Positions 27,735-36,541 of a stretch of DNA of 59,611 nucleotides are shown here, in pieces (within the stretch, counting starts at the first letter, position 1; each line of letters opens with the position of its first letter). The notes beneath the pieces are model-generated. The model was given only the letters and a program-made list of their open reading frames with translations. It was not told the DNA's origin and made no database searches. This stretch comes from an uncultured Candidatus Woesearchaeota archaeon (lineage in GTDB: Archaea; Nanobdellota; Nanobdellia; Woesearchaeales; GW2011-AR9): the NCBI GenBank assembly GCA_902529885.1, contig CABZYC010000002.1:1-59611 (forward strand). The letters run 5' to 3'. The translations under genes were made by a program, and so were the position numbers.

Positions 27735-29078
27735 ATGACTTACGACATCGTTATTGGAAGATCTAAAAAAGATGTTGAAAAATTTGGTAAACGTGGAACC
27801 ATATTAGTTGCAAAACAATATGTTTCGATGGGAAGCACAGTATCACTAAGTAACAAAGTTTACATGGATATTGCGTCTGCACACGTTGTGTTTGTTGTGG
27901 GTAAAAGAGGTTCAGGGAAAAGTTATACCATGGGCTCAATCGCAGAAGGATTAGCCGATCTTGACCCAGAAGTAAAACAAAATCTTTCCATTGTACTGCT
28001 TGATACAATGGGGATATATTGGACCATGAAATATCCTAATTATCAAGCTACCGAAATGGTAAAAAGCTGGGATATGGAACCACACGGTCTTGACGTGAAA
28101 ATATTTACGCCAAAAAAATTTTATCACGAGTATAAAGAAGCAGGCATACCTACAGACGTACCATTCTCAGTCAGACCAATTGAAGTTGGACCAGGTGATT
28201 GGGCCCGAGCATTTAAAATTGAAGAAAATTCTGCGATAGGAGTACTTATTACAAGAGTCTGTCAAGACCTCGAACCACTAGGAAACTTCTCTATTGATCA
28301 AATGATTGAGTCAGCACAACAAAATGAAGATGCAGATAAAGTTACTCGCAGCGTAGTAGTTAACTTGTTCAAAAAAGCCAAAGGATGGGGTGTTTTTAGT
28401 GAAGAAGGTACACCTTTAAAAGAAATTGTCAAGGGTGGACAAGTAACTGTCATGGATGTGTCACCTTATGCAACAATGCCAGGAGGATGGGATATTAAAG
28501 CTTTAGTTACAGGAATTATTTGTAGGACACTCTTTCAACAAAGAATGCTTTCAAGAAAAAGTGAAGAGTTCAAATCCGTTGATGCAGCCATGCATTATTT
28601 TAGTAGGGAAGAAAAGTCTGAGATGGATGAACCCCTTGTATGGGTTGCCATTGATGAGGCACACGAATTGTTACCAAGGGAGGGTAAAACGGCAGCAACA
28701 GACAGTTTAGTCACTATTTTAAGGGAAGGGCGACAGCCAGGAATCAGCTTGATATTAGTTACACAACAGCCAGCAAAAATCCATACAGACGTAATGACTC
28801 AAAGTGATACAGTAATTGCGCATAGGTTAACCAGTAAAATGGATATTGAAGCATTAGGAAGCTTAATGCAATCCTACATGCGAACTGGGCTTGATGATGA
28901 AATTAACATGTTACCACGTCTTAAAGGTGCAGCCGTACTTTTTGATGATACTAATGAAACTTTGTTCCCTGTACAAATGCGACCACGGTTCACATGGCAC
29001 GGAGGTGGGTCTCCTACCGCTATTAAAGGAAAAAAAGATAAGGTTCAAAGCATTCTTGAAAAAATTCAGGAGTTATAA
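27735..29078 (+). CDS. HerA/DUF87-like P-loop ATPase (FtsK-HerA superfamily)
   Basis: Walker A VVGKRGSGKSYT, Walker B WVAIDEAHELL, LILVTQQPAKI and VIAHRL. No NurA-like partner lies nearby. Confidence 0.6.
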   Translation: MTYDIVIGRSKKDVEKFGKRGTILVAKQYVSMGSTVSLSNKVYMDIASAHVVFVVGKRGSGKSYTMGSIAEGLADLDPEVKQNLSIVLLDTMGIYWTMKYPNYQATEMVKSWDMEPHGLDVKIFTPKKFYHEYKEAGIPTDVPFSVRPIEVGPGDWARAFKIEENSAIGVLITRVCQDLEPLGNFSIDQMIESAQQNEDADKVTRSVVVNLFKKAKGWGVFSEEGTPLKEIVKGGQVTVMDVSPYATMPGGWDIKALVTGIICRTLFQQRMLSRKSEEFKSVDAAMHYFSREEKSEMDEPLVWVAIDEAHELLPREGKTAATDSLVTILREGRQPGISLILVTQQPAKIHTDVMTQSDTVIAHRLTSKMDIEALGSLMQSYMRTGLDDEINMLPRLKGAAVLFDDTNETLFPVQMRPRFTWHGGGSPTAIKGKKDKVQSILEKIQEL

Positions 29079-29284
29079 TGGAACAATTTAATGATACAAT
29101 GATACCACCCTCAGCACCCGCACCAGCGCCACCAATTAATAATAATAGTAATGTGAATAATCATAATAGAGAATTTGAATTACTTAATATTAAAATTGAT
29201 AAATTAACACAACTTATAGAAGAGTTAATTCAAGAGATTAAAAAACCGAAAAAAGAATCGAAAAAAGAACATACATTATGGTGA
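29078..29284 (+). CDS. small Pro/Asn-rich coiled-coil protein
   Basis: 68-aa ORF. Its ATG overlaps the stop of the ATPase gene, and its own stop overlaps the LspA-like start. Confidence 0.45.
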   Translation: MEQFNDTMIPPSAPAPAPPINNNSNVNNHNREFELLNIKIDKLTQLIEELIQEIKKPKKESKKEHTLW

Positions 29285-29703
29285 ACAGATTTTATTATAC
29301 AGGATCAATATTCATTTTCTTAGATCAAATTACAAAATTTTTTATTAGAAAATTAATGCCTTACACATCATGGAACGGCCTAGGAATACAATTTGTTAAA
29401 AATACGGGTGCAGCTTTTGGAACGTTTAGTGGCTTAAATGGGTTATTAGGAATAATCTCTTTTACAGTAGCAATTTTAATTCCGGTCTATTATAAACAAT
29501 ATACAAAACTGTCCCATGACACTTATGCGTTCGGATTAATCTGGGCAGGAGCAGTGGGTAATGGTATAGACCGACTTTTTATTGGGTACGTAACAGATTT
29601 TGTCGCCATTGGATGGTGGCCACGGTTTAATGTTGCAGATGCAGCTATTTGTATTGGTGCAATGATGTTGTTATATACAGAGTTTAAAACTCGTCGTCAA
29701 TAG
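29278..29703 (+). CDS. lspA: signal peptidase II (LspA)-like aspartic peptidase
   Basis: 141 aa with four TMs. Motifs FVKNTGAAFG, GNGIDRLFIGYVTDF and FNVADAAICIG match the conserved LspA blocks, including both catalytic Asp contexts. Confidence 0.75.
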   Translation: MVNRFYYTGSIFIFLDQITKFFIRKLMPYTSWNGLGIQFVKNTGAAFGTFSGLNGLLGIISFTVAILIPVYYKQYTKLSHDTYAFGLIWAGAVGNGIDRLFIGYVTDFVAIGWWPRFNVADAAICIGAMMLLYTEFKTRRQ

Positions 29704-29992
29704 CATCAAGGTAACCTTTACGCTTCAAAAAAGCAACTTCTGCTTTACTTCTATACTTAAAAATTACATCACCTTTAGCGTCACCACCTAACACCCATGG
29801 TTTAACCAAGATAATGTCACCTTCTCGTACCCATAACCCGCGACGTTTACTTCCTGGTATGCGACAGATTCGTTCTTTTGAATCAAGACAGTTCACTCGC
29901 ATACGTGAACCACCTAAACGTTGCATAACAACCCCTAACACTTCACCTTCTTTAGGTATCCGAACCCGGATTGTTACTACTTCTTCAGCCAT
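29684..29992 (-). CDS. eif1a: translation initiation factor aIF-1A
   Basis: S1-like OB pattern: GVVMQRLGGSRMRVNCLDSKERICRIPGSKRRGLWVREGDIILVKPW. Confidence 0.92.
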   Translation of the reverse strand: MAEEVVTIRVRIPKEGEVLGVVMQRLGGSRMRVNCLDSKERICRIPGSKRRGLWVREGDIILVKPWVLGGDAKGDVIFKYRSKAEVAFLKRKGYLDAIDDEF

Positions 29993-30076
29993 AAGAACAT
30001 TATCAGGTGAGCCCTTTATAAATTGTTCGTCTGTTTGATTAAAAAGCTTAAATACCCCACTTAAAGTTACAAAGGT

Positions 30077-30877
30077 ATGGCAAGCCGTTTACAATCACCA
30101 TCTTCAATTAACACTTTTAAACACTGTAAAAGAAAGTATTATTATCAATATATTGAAAAAAGGCCAACCTCAAAAAGCATACATACGGTCAGAGGTAACA
30201 TTGTACATAGCACCCTTGAACATTTTTTTGATATTAACATAGACAAATTATCACAAGATACAGTCGACAGAATGTTTACAATGCAATTACAACAAGAATT
30301 CATTAAACAATGGCAAAGTTATGATAATGACCTTCGTTCGTTAGATATGACTAATGACCAACTTAAATTTTATTTTGAAGAAAGTCTTATGATGATAATG
30401 AATTGGCAAAAACAATTCGTTGCACGATTACGAGCAAAAGTGTCACCGTTACCATTAGCGTTCAAGGAATTAACACCACAGCGTGAACTTGAACTTAAAT
30501 CAGAGACTCACCAAGTTAGAGGTTTTATTGATGCGATTGAAACAGAAAATGGTAATGTTACCATTGTAGATTATAAAACTAATAAAAGGTCAGATATTAA
30601 AGATAGTATTAAACTGCAACTTTCAATCTATTGTCTGTTATACCAAGAAGAATTTGGAAACCTTCCTGACAATGTAGCAGTGTTTTTTCTCAGGGATAAA
30701 CAGTACACTTTGCCTGTGCACAAAGATAATGTAAAAGATGCAATGTTCGAAATTGAGCAGATTCATATGCACACAAAAATGACTGAAAAAATGAGTGATT
30801 ATGAAAAAAATGTTACGCCCCTTTGTAAATGGAAAACGGGGCAATGTGATTTTTATGATATATGCAAACCTTTCTAA
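30077..30877 (+). CDS. PD-(D/E)XK nuclease of the Cas4/AddB/RecB type with 4-Cys cluster; stand-alone
   Basis: N-terminal C (FKHCKRKYYYQY), GFIDAIE...IVDYKT (D...D/ExK), QLSIY, and C-terminal CKWKTGQCDFYDIC. Confidence 0.7.
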   Translation: MASRLQSPSSINTFKHCKRKYYYQYIEKRPTSKSIHTVRGNIVHSTLEHFFDINIDKLSQDTVDRMFTMQLQQEFIKQWQSYDNDLRSLDMTNDQLKFYFEESLMMIMNWQKQFVARLRAKVSPLPLAFKELTPQRELELKSETHQVRGFIDAIETENGNVTIVDYKTNKRSDIKDSIKLQLSIYCLLYQEEFGNLPDNVAVFFLRDKQYTLPVHKDNVKDAMFEIEQIHMHTKMTEKMSDYEKNVTPLCKWKTGQCDFYDICKPF

Positions 30878-31758
30878 AACATCCTTAATGCCAACATACT
30901 CTGGTCAATTATTGTCTTATATGTAGTCGCATTTTCTAACACGAATGTTTCTACTGATGCGCCTAATAACAAGAATACAACTGCTGCTAAAAGAAGGTAC
31001 AGATTAAAACTAAACACCTCCATAAACCGGTCACTATCAAGTTTTTCTAGCAAAACATCTTTGCTTATCACCGAACCACTGATGGCGGCAAGAAAATAAC
31101 ATATGGCTTCTATCATCATATGAGGGAACACAATTAGCATCACAGTACCAAAAACCAAAAAAGGGTGTTGCCCACTAATCATTGAAGCACTTTTAGCAGT
31201 AAACCCAAAAATTGTTCCCCATACACTCGCATTCCAAGTAATCAAAAATATGGCTCCATCCCCCGTAAGCAACGCTAAAAAAAAGCATGCTAACATCACC
31301 ATAAAATTGTTGCTTAATAAACTCCAAAAAAGATCACTACCAAACACTCCTGCTACTGCTTGACCAGCAAAACCTTGCCCCAACCGTATTTCTAATTGTT
31401 CTCTAAAAAGTGTGTTTGTTTCAAACGATGGGAGTAACATTGTTGAAAAACTGTAAACCATTAATATGCCTAAAAATAAAAATATATAAATTTTGATTAA
31501 ATCAATATCATCCCTCCATAAAGCCTTGAAAGTAACAGCTTTTTCCATACGTTCACGACGTTCTTCCATATCAAACATCTTGTATAATTCTGGTAGAAGT
31601 AATAGGCTGGTAAACGCAACAGCAACCAATGCAGGGTCACCAGGGAACAACATGCTCGCTAAAAGTATACCTACCAAACTATAGCCTGCACCAAGAACAA
31701 AAGCGAACCAAGTACGTTTTTCTAACCAGTCCTCTGGGAATATGTGTTCTAAAACCAT
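30874..31758 (-). CDS. SpoIIM/DUF95-like integral membrane protein (start taken at MVLEHIFPEDW)
   Basis: Six predicted TMs, with SNNFMVML and VFPHMMIEAICYF resembling conserved DUF95 blocks. The long ORF-track N-terminus (to 31989) overlaps the histone gene on the other strand. Confidence 0.5.
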   Translation of the reverse strand: MVLEHIFPEDWLEKRTWFAFVLGAGYSLVGILLASMLFPGDPALVAVAFTSLLLLPELYKMFDMEERRERMEKAVTFKALWRDDIDLIKIYIFLFLGILMVYSFSTMLLPSFETNTLFREQLEIRLGQGFAGQAVAGVFGSDLFWSLLSNNFMVMLACFFLALLTGDGAIFLITWNASVWGTIFGFTAKSASMISGQHPFLVFGTVMLIVFPHMMIEAICYFLAAISGSVISKDVLLEKLDSDRFMEVFSFNLYLLLAAVVFLLLGASVETFVLENATTYKTIIDQSMLALRMF

Positions 31759-31843
31759 AATTCTAACACTTGTTCTACCCTTATATATATTTCTACGGAC
31801 AGATTCGATACTTTTAAAAAAGAAAGTCGGGTTTCTATGACTA

Positions 31844-32056
31844 ATGACGAAAAAGAGGGCCTTGTCGCTTAACGCAATGGACAAAATCTTGCGGGAATGT
31901 GGTGCGCACAGGGTTTCAGATGGTGCCAAAGAAGAACTTGCTAACGTGCTAGAAAATCTTGCACGAAAATTTGCAACGGAAGCAGGCAAACTAGCCGAAC
32001 ATGCTGGACGAAAAACTGTTACTGAAAAAGATATTCAGTTAGCAACGGAAGATTAA
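31844..32056 (+). CDS. archaeal histone (HMf family)
   Basis: 70 aa with a histone fold: ...MDKILRECGAHRVSDGAKEELANVLENLARKFATEAGKLAEHAGRKTVTEKDIQLA. Confidence 0.9.
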   Translation: MTKKRALSLNAMDKILRECGAHRVSDGAKEELANVLENLARKFATEAGKLAEHAGRKTVTEKDIQLATED

Positions 32057-32057
32057 A

Positions 32058-32453
32058 ATGGAATATGAAAAAAAATTAGTTGTAGTAGTATCCTTAAAAA
32101 AAGGAGACACTATCATTATTGATAATGCTGCTTGTAAAATCACTGACCTAAGCACCTCACGGCCAGGTAAACATGGACATGCAAAAGTGAACATGATGGC
32201 AGTAGGAATTCTTGACGGTAAAAAACGTAACAAGGTTATGCCAGGTCATGATAGAATTGAACAGCCGATCATAGAGAAAAAAACTGCTCAGGTCTTAAGT
32301 ATTACTGGGAACCAAGCAAACATTATGGACTCTGAATCGTATGAAACGTTCGATATTGAAATTCCTTCAGACTTAGCAGACAAATTGCAAGAAGGTAATG
32401 AGGTCTTATATTGGGAATTGATGGGATTAAAGGTAATGAGGCAAATTAAGTAA
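32058..32453 (+). CDS. eif5a: translation initiation factor 5A (aIF5A)
   Basis: Hypusine loop STSRPGKHGHAKV followed by a C-terminal OB domain. Confidence 0.92.
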   Translation: MEYEKKLVVVVSLKKGDTIIIDNAACKITDLSTSRPGKHGHAKVNMMAVGILDGKKRNKVMPGHDRIEQPIIEKKTAQVLSITGNQANIMDSESYETFDIEIPSDLADKLQEGNEVLYWELMGLKVMRQIK

Positions 32454-32454
32454 A

Positions 32455-32622
32455 ATGGCACAACAATTCAAAGAAGCATTCGACAGGTTATTCAAGAATA
32501 AATTTGTTGATAAAAAGTCAGGTCGCGTAATTAAAGCTAACCCATTAAAGGTTCAAGCTGGAAAAATTCGTGGTCGAGGAAAAAACGCAACCAACAGGCT
32601 GCGTCCTAAACGAAAGAAATAA
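32455..32622 (+). CDS. 55-aa basic protein, possible Cys-less ribosomal protein L40e homologue
   Basis: Below the ORF-track cutoff. Sequence: MAQQFKEAFDRLFKNKFVDKKSGRVIKANPLKVQAGKIRGRGKNATNRLRPKRKK. It starts 2 nt after the aIF5A stop. The spacing of K..G..NP and the NLRPK-like end resembles L40e, but all zinc ligands are absent. Confidence 0.35.
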   Translation: MAQQFKEAFDRLFKNKFVDKKSGRVIKANPLKVQAGKIRGRGKNATNRLRPKRKK

Positions 32623-32647
32623 ATAAACATATTTCCATATTTTTATT

Positions 32648-33832
32648 ATGGAAATTCTTAACTTTCTATTACAATACAAATACATCATTGTTTTCTATAC
32701 AATAATAGTAATATGGGTCGCAGCACATTGGAAAAGATTTGATGTACAAGCAAAAATAATTTTTCTTTACCGTACAAAACTTGGGTTAAAAACCATGGAC
32801 AAAATGGTGAAAAAGTACCGTGAACAAATTATTTTACTCGGCTACATTGGAGTTGGCGCAGGCTTTGTAGGGCTCGTGTTTATTAGTTATACATTAATTA
32901 GTAATTTATGGAGTTTAATCTTTAACCCATCTGTAGGAAACGCAGTAAGCCTTGTTCTACCAGGTGTTAATGTTCCTGGACTAGGTGTTTTACCATTTTG
33001 GTACTGGTTAATATCCATATTCATTATAGCTACAGTACACGAGTTCGGGCACGGTATTGTTGCTCGCGCACACAAGATCCCTGTCTTGTCAAGCGGTTTT
33101 GTCTTGTTCGGACCGATCATAGGCGCTTTTGTTGAACCAGACGAGAAAAAAATGAGTGCACAATCTGATATTAACCAATATTCAGTTATGGCTGCTGGAC
33201 CATTTAGTAATATATTACTTGCTATATTAGCAGTAGCACTATTATCCTGGGCAGTACAACCTGGATTAGATTTAATGGTTGAACCAACAGGTTTTACTTT
33301 TGAAACTTATACTGGAAATGACCTGCCCGCAGCAATGGCAGGGTTACCTACAGAAACAATCATTACTAATGTTAATGGAGTAGAATATTTAGAATTTCAA
33401 CCATTCCAATTAGCATTATCATGTATGAGCCCAGGCGATATGCTTAATGTCACTGCAGACAATATAGTTTATCCAATATTATTAGGTTCAAACCCAGAAA
33501 TGCCTGGTAAACCTTTGATTGGAATAGACGGCATATCTAATAACTATGAGCTTAAACCACAATTTCAAGGTGGCCTTTCTGAACTAGGTTACAATATATT
33601 AGAATGGTTTAGTGGACTATTACGATGGTTATTTATTTTATCATTGGGTATCGGTTTGTTTAATTTGTTACCATTGCCAATCGTTGACGGTGGTCGAATG
33701 GTGCAAGTGAGTATGCGAAAAATGCACGGACAAAAAAAGGGTGACCATAAATATGGTCAAATAGCACTCTTCTTTTTAATAATATTAATCTTAAACGTGT
33801 TTTATCCTTTACTTACTAGAATCTTTATTTGA
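32648..33832 (+). CDS. site-2 protease (M50 family) with PDZ-like insert
   Basis: HEFGHGIVA zinc motif in a TM helix and LFNLLPLPIVDGGRM (NxxPxxxLDG). Confidence 0.88.
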   Translation: MEILNFLLQYKYIIVFYTIIVIWVAAHWKRFDVQAKIIFLYRTKLGLKTMDKMVKKYREQIILLGYIGVGAGFVGLVFISYTLISNLWSLIFNPSVGNAVSLVLPGVNVPGLGVLPFWYWLISIFIIATVHEFGHGIVARAHKIPVLSSGFVLFGPIIGAFVEPDEKKMSAQSDINQYSVMAAGPFSNILLAILAVALLSWAVQPGLDLMVEPTGFTFETYTGNDLPAAMAGLPTETIITNVNGVEYLEFQPFQLALSCMSPGDMLNVTADNIVYPILLGSNPEMPGKPLIGIDGISNNYELKPQFQGGLSELGYNILEWFSGLLRWLFILSLGIGLFNLLPLPIVDGGRMVQVSMRKMHGQKKGDHKYGQIALFFLIILILNVFYPLLTRIFI

Positions 33833-34138
33833 TTCAAAATAATTTTTTACCCGTTCGTCACCTTTGACAACGGCATTTTTTCCAACTCGATAATACGTTT
33901 TTTCAACTTTTGAACCCCAACTGAACTCTCCTTTCTCTTCACGAATTTCATCAATCTCAATTTCACCAATCTCTACACCTTTCTTTAAATGGTAGTATAT
34001 ACTACGCGTGTGAACTTCTGGAAACACTTGCATGTATGCACGGGATATTGTATACCCGTATGACTTTTTCATTACTGCTAATAATTCTATTATGTTTTGT
34101 CTAATTTGACTTTTTACAGGTCTACCACGTTCTGCCAT
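33809..34138 (-). CDS. winged-helix (PadR-like) transcriptional regulator
   Basis: 109 aa: IRQNIIELLAVMKKSYGYTISRAYMQVFPEVHTRSIYYHLKKGVEIGEI. Confidence 0.5.
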   Translation of the reverse strand: MAERGRPVKSQIRQNIIELLAVMKKSYGYTISRAYMQVFPEVHTRSIYYHLKKGVEIGEIEIDEIREEKGEFSWGSKVEKTYYRVGKNAVVKGDERVKNYFESNKDSSK

Positions 34139-34181
34139 GACCTATTGTAAATAATACACCTATAAAAAGATATTGAGAGGA

Positions 34182-34192
34182 CTTTTATAATA
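34182..34192 (+). promoter_or_regulatory. TATA box upstream of rnp4
   Basis: CTTTTATAATA lies about 22-32 nt before ATG 34214. Confidence 0.5.
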
Positions 34193-34213
34193 GGGTCAAT
34201 TCCTTACAGTAGC

Positions 34214-34492
34214 ATGGGTAAACGCAGGATCAGAGTAGGAAAAAGTAAAAAGATCGCCCTTGAACGAATGAACGAATTACAAATTACAGGGACATCTACT
34301 CTAAACCGTACACTACAAGAAAACTGTTTTGAAACAATTATCAAACTGAAAAAACGTGCAAAAGTATCTTTTAATTACTTATTTTGTAAAAAGTGTTTAA
34401 CCCCCTACAATAAAAGCCGTGTACGAATTAAATCAAGACGAGTTATTATTACCTGTGTCTGTTGTGGTAGTATCAGAAGAAAGCTGTTGTAA
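34214..34492 (+). CDS. rnp4: RNase P protein component 4 (Rpp21/Rpr2)
   Basis: N-terminal helical region IALERMNEL, then the zinc ribbon CKKCLTPY...ITCVCCGSIRR. Confidence 0.75.
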   Translation: MGKRRIRVGKSKKIALERMNELQITGTSTLNRTLQENCFETIIKLKKRAKVSFNYLFCKKCLTPYNKSRVRIKSRRVIITCVCCGSIRRKLL

Positions 34493-36541
34493 CATTTTTT
34501 CTACTTCATTTACTGCACCAAGAGGAACACTAATGCTGTTTATTCTACCTTTAAGGTGTTCTAACATACACTTGTTAGTTGCTGCATTACCGCATATACT
34601 TGTATGCACCCCACTCTTAATAACCATGTCAATCAAAGCCAAAATTGAATGATCCACTTCATTAAAAAGATATTGTACAACATCATTGTTACGGTCTACA
34701 CCCATAGTAAGCTGTGTTAAATCGTTTGTACCAAAACTTACAAAATCGATCTCACTTTTAATTGATTCAATGTTTAAACATGCAGCAGGCGTTTCAATCA
34801 TACAACCAAACCATTTGTCACTATACTCACGGTACACTCCTTTGGCCCAACACACCTCTTCTTTGTTAACAATGAAAGGTACCATTAAAGCTAGTTTGGG
34901 ATAATCTGTTTGTAATTTGGCTATAGCTTGACACTCAGCACGAAATACGTCTGGGTACTTCTGTGCAAAGCGTATAGCATGTAAGCCAAGCATAGGATTA
35001 TCTTCCTTAAGAGTTGGTGCACCGTCAAGATTTGTGTATTCATCACTACGAAGATCGCTGCTTCTCACAAAAATATTCTTATCAGGAAACGCTTCACAAA
35101 TAAGTCGAATATTTTGTTCTAACATTTGACTATATTGAAACAGTTGACCACGTTGTTTATACCACAAAGGATGTTTACCGTGCTTAGCAATAATTAATTC
35201 TAAACGTACCAAACCAACACCTTCCAAACCAGCATCCGCACATTTTTGAGCAGTTTCAGGAATATCTATAATGCCATAAACAGGAATTGATTGTTTCTCA
35301 TGCTGGATACCTATATTAGATTGTACAGTTTCACCTTCTGTCACTACACCATTCTCTGCGTCAACAGTAACAATTTGCCCCTCTTTCAACACAGAAGTTG
35401 CATTTTTGGTGCCAACTAAACATGGTACACTTAATTCTCTACTAACAATAGCAGCATGACATGTTGCACCCCCTCTATCAGTAATAATGGCCGCACATCG
35501 CATCATGCCCGGTACCATGTCGGGCATAGTCATCTCAGTAACCATAATGTCACCCTCTTTAACAGAACGTACATCTTCTATTGTACGAACTATTCTTACT
35601 GGACCACTCGCAACACCTCGACTTGCAATGTTACCCTTGATTATGATGTCGCCTTCAATCTCACGTTTAACTTCACGCTGTTTTGCAGTAACATTACGTG
35701 TTTGAACAATGTACAACTTGTCATCCCAGGCCCACTCAATATCTTGATCACAACCATAAATACGTTTTATTTTTCGTGCAATACGTACTAACTCAGAGAT
35801 CTCTTTATCATCCATTAATTGAGCATCAGTAGGCGTATCTTGAACAATAACTTTTCCTGCACGAAACAAATAACTGTCCGGTGTACGTTCACCACTAACA
35901 ATGGATTCCCCTAACCCTAATACTGCTTGTACCAAAACTTGTTCAGTGCCAGACGTTGGATCTTGAGTAAAAAGTACGCCTGAACGTTTACTATGCACCA
36001 TCTCTTGTACAACCACACACATCTGTGCAGAAGTTATACCTTGATTTTTTCTGTAAGATATGGCACGTTCAGTGAACAAAGATGCCCAACAATCTTTTAC
36101 GGCATTCAACACATCTTCTGCACCCGATACATTCAAAAAGCTTGCTTGCTGACCAGCGAACGATGCACCAGGTAAATCTTCTGCGGTTGCACTTGAACGT
36201 ACCGCAACATCCACATTTTTTGAAGAAATTATAGAAGATGCACTCTTATCAGACCCTAACAAACCATAAGCACTAATTATTTCATCCTTTAATTCATCAG
36301 AAATTGTGCCATCAGAAATGGACTGCATGACCACTTTACTTTTTTCAGTGTCAGAATCATAATCACTTTCAATAATAGTATCTAATCTATTCTCATTAAT
36401 AAAAGAGTTGTATGCGCTAGTAGTAACAAAAAAAGCACCTGGGACAGGAACATGGTTCTCTGCCATCCGTGATAAATTTAAAGCTTTACCACCTATCTCC
36501 TCAATCTCAGCTTCAACACCGAGCCAAATTACGTTCTTCAT
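34433..36541 (-). CDS. ppsA: phosphoenolpyruvate synthase (PEP/pyruvate-utilising enzyme family)
   Basis: ATP-grasp N-terminus (GGKALNLSRM), phospho-His domain GGATCHAAIVSRELSVPCLVG, and a C-terminal TIM barrel with FVSFGTNDLTQLTMG. Confidence 0.85.
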   Translation of the reverse strand: MKNVIWLGVEAEIEEIGGKALNLSRMAENHVPVPGAFFVTTSAYNSFINENRLDTIIESDYDSDTEKSKVVMQSISDGTISDELKDEIISAYGLLGSDKSASSIISSKNVDVAVRSSATAEDLPGASFAGQQASFLNVSGAEDVLNAVKDCWASLFTERAISYRKNQGITSAQMCVVVQEMVHSKRSGVLFTQDPTSGTEQVLVQAVLGLGESIVSGERTPDSYLFRAGKVIVQDTPTDAQLMDDKEISELVRIARKIKRIYGCDQDIEWAWDDKLYIVQTRNVTAKQREVKREIEGDIIIKGNIASRGVASGPVRIVRTIEDVRSVKEGDIMVTEMTMPDMVPGMMRCAAIITDRGGATCHAAIVSRELSVPCLVGTKNATSVLKEGQIVTVDAENGVVTEGETVQSNIGIQHEKQSIPVYGIIDIPETAQKCADAGLEGVGLVRLELIIAKHGKHPLWYKQRGQLFQYSQMLEQNIRLICEAFPDKNIFVRSSDLRSDEYTNLDGAPTLKEDNPMLGLHAIRFAQKYPDVFRAECQAIAKLQTDYPKLALMVPFIVNKEEVCWAKGVYREYSDKWFGCMIETPAACLNIESIKSEIDFVSFGTNDLTQLTMGVDRNNDVVQYLFNEVDHSILALIDMVIKSGVHTSICGNAATNKCMLEHLKGRINSISVPLGAVNEVEKMLQQLSSDTTTTDTGNNNSS

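Noticed and set aside
27735-29078. The HerA-like ATPase as the missing pilus assembly ATPase for the pilin-like array.
   Set aside because: Its motifs (IDEAH Walker B, DUF87-like layout) point to the FtsK-HerA superfamily, not the PilB/FlaI/VirB11 secretion ATPase family. It is also 10 kb away, on the other strand, in a different operon.
31759-31989. N-terminal 77 codons of ORF 30874-31989.
   Set aside because: They overlap the divergent histone gene and the shared promoter region. The sequence is Ser/Ala/Arg-rich with no TM, while the membrane protein begins convincingly at MVLEHIFPEDW.
34433-34492. The 60-nt convergent overlap of rnp4 and ppsA as a sign of misassembly.
   Set aside because: Both ORFs keep family-typical sequence up to near their ends (the Rpp21 zinc ribbon; the PpsA TIM barrel followed by a Thr/Asn-rich tail). 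Convergent 3' overlaps also occur at 14513-14545 and 29684-29703, consistent with general compaction.
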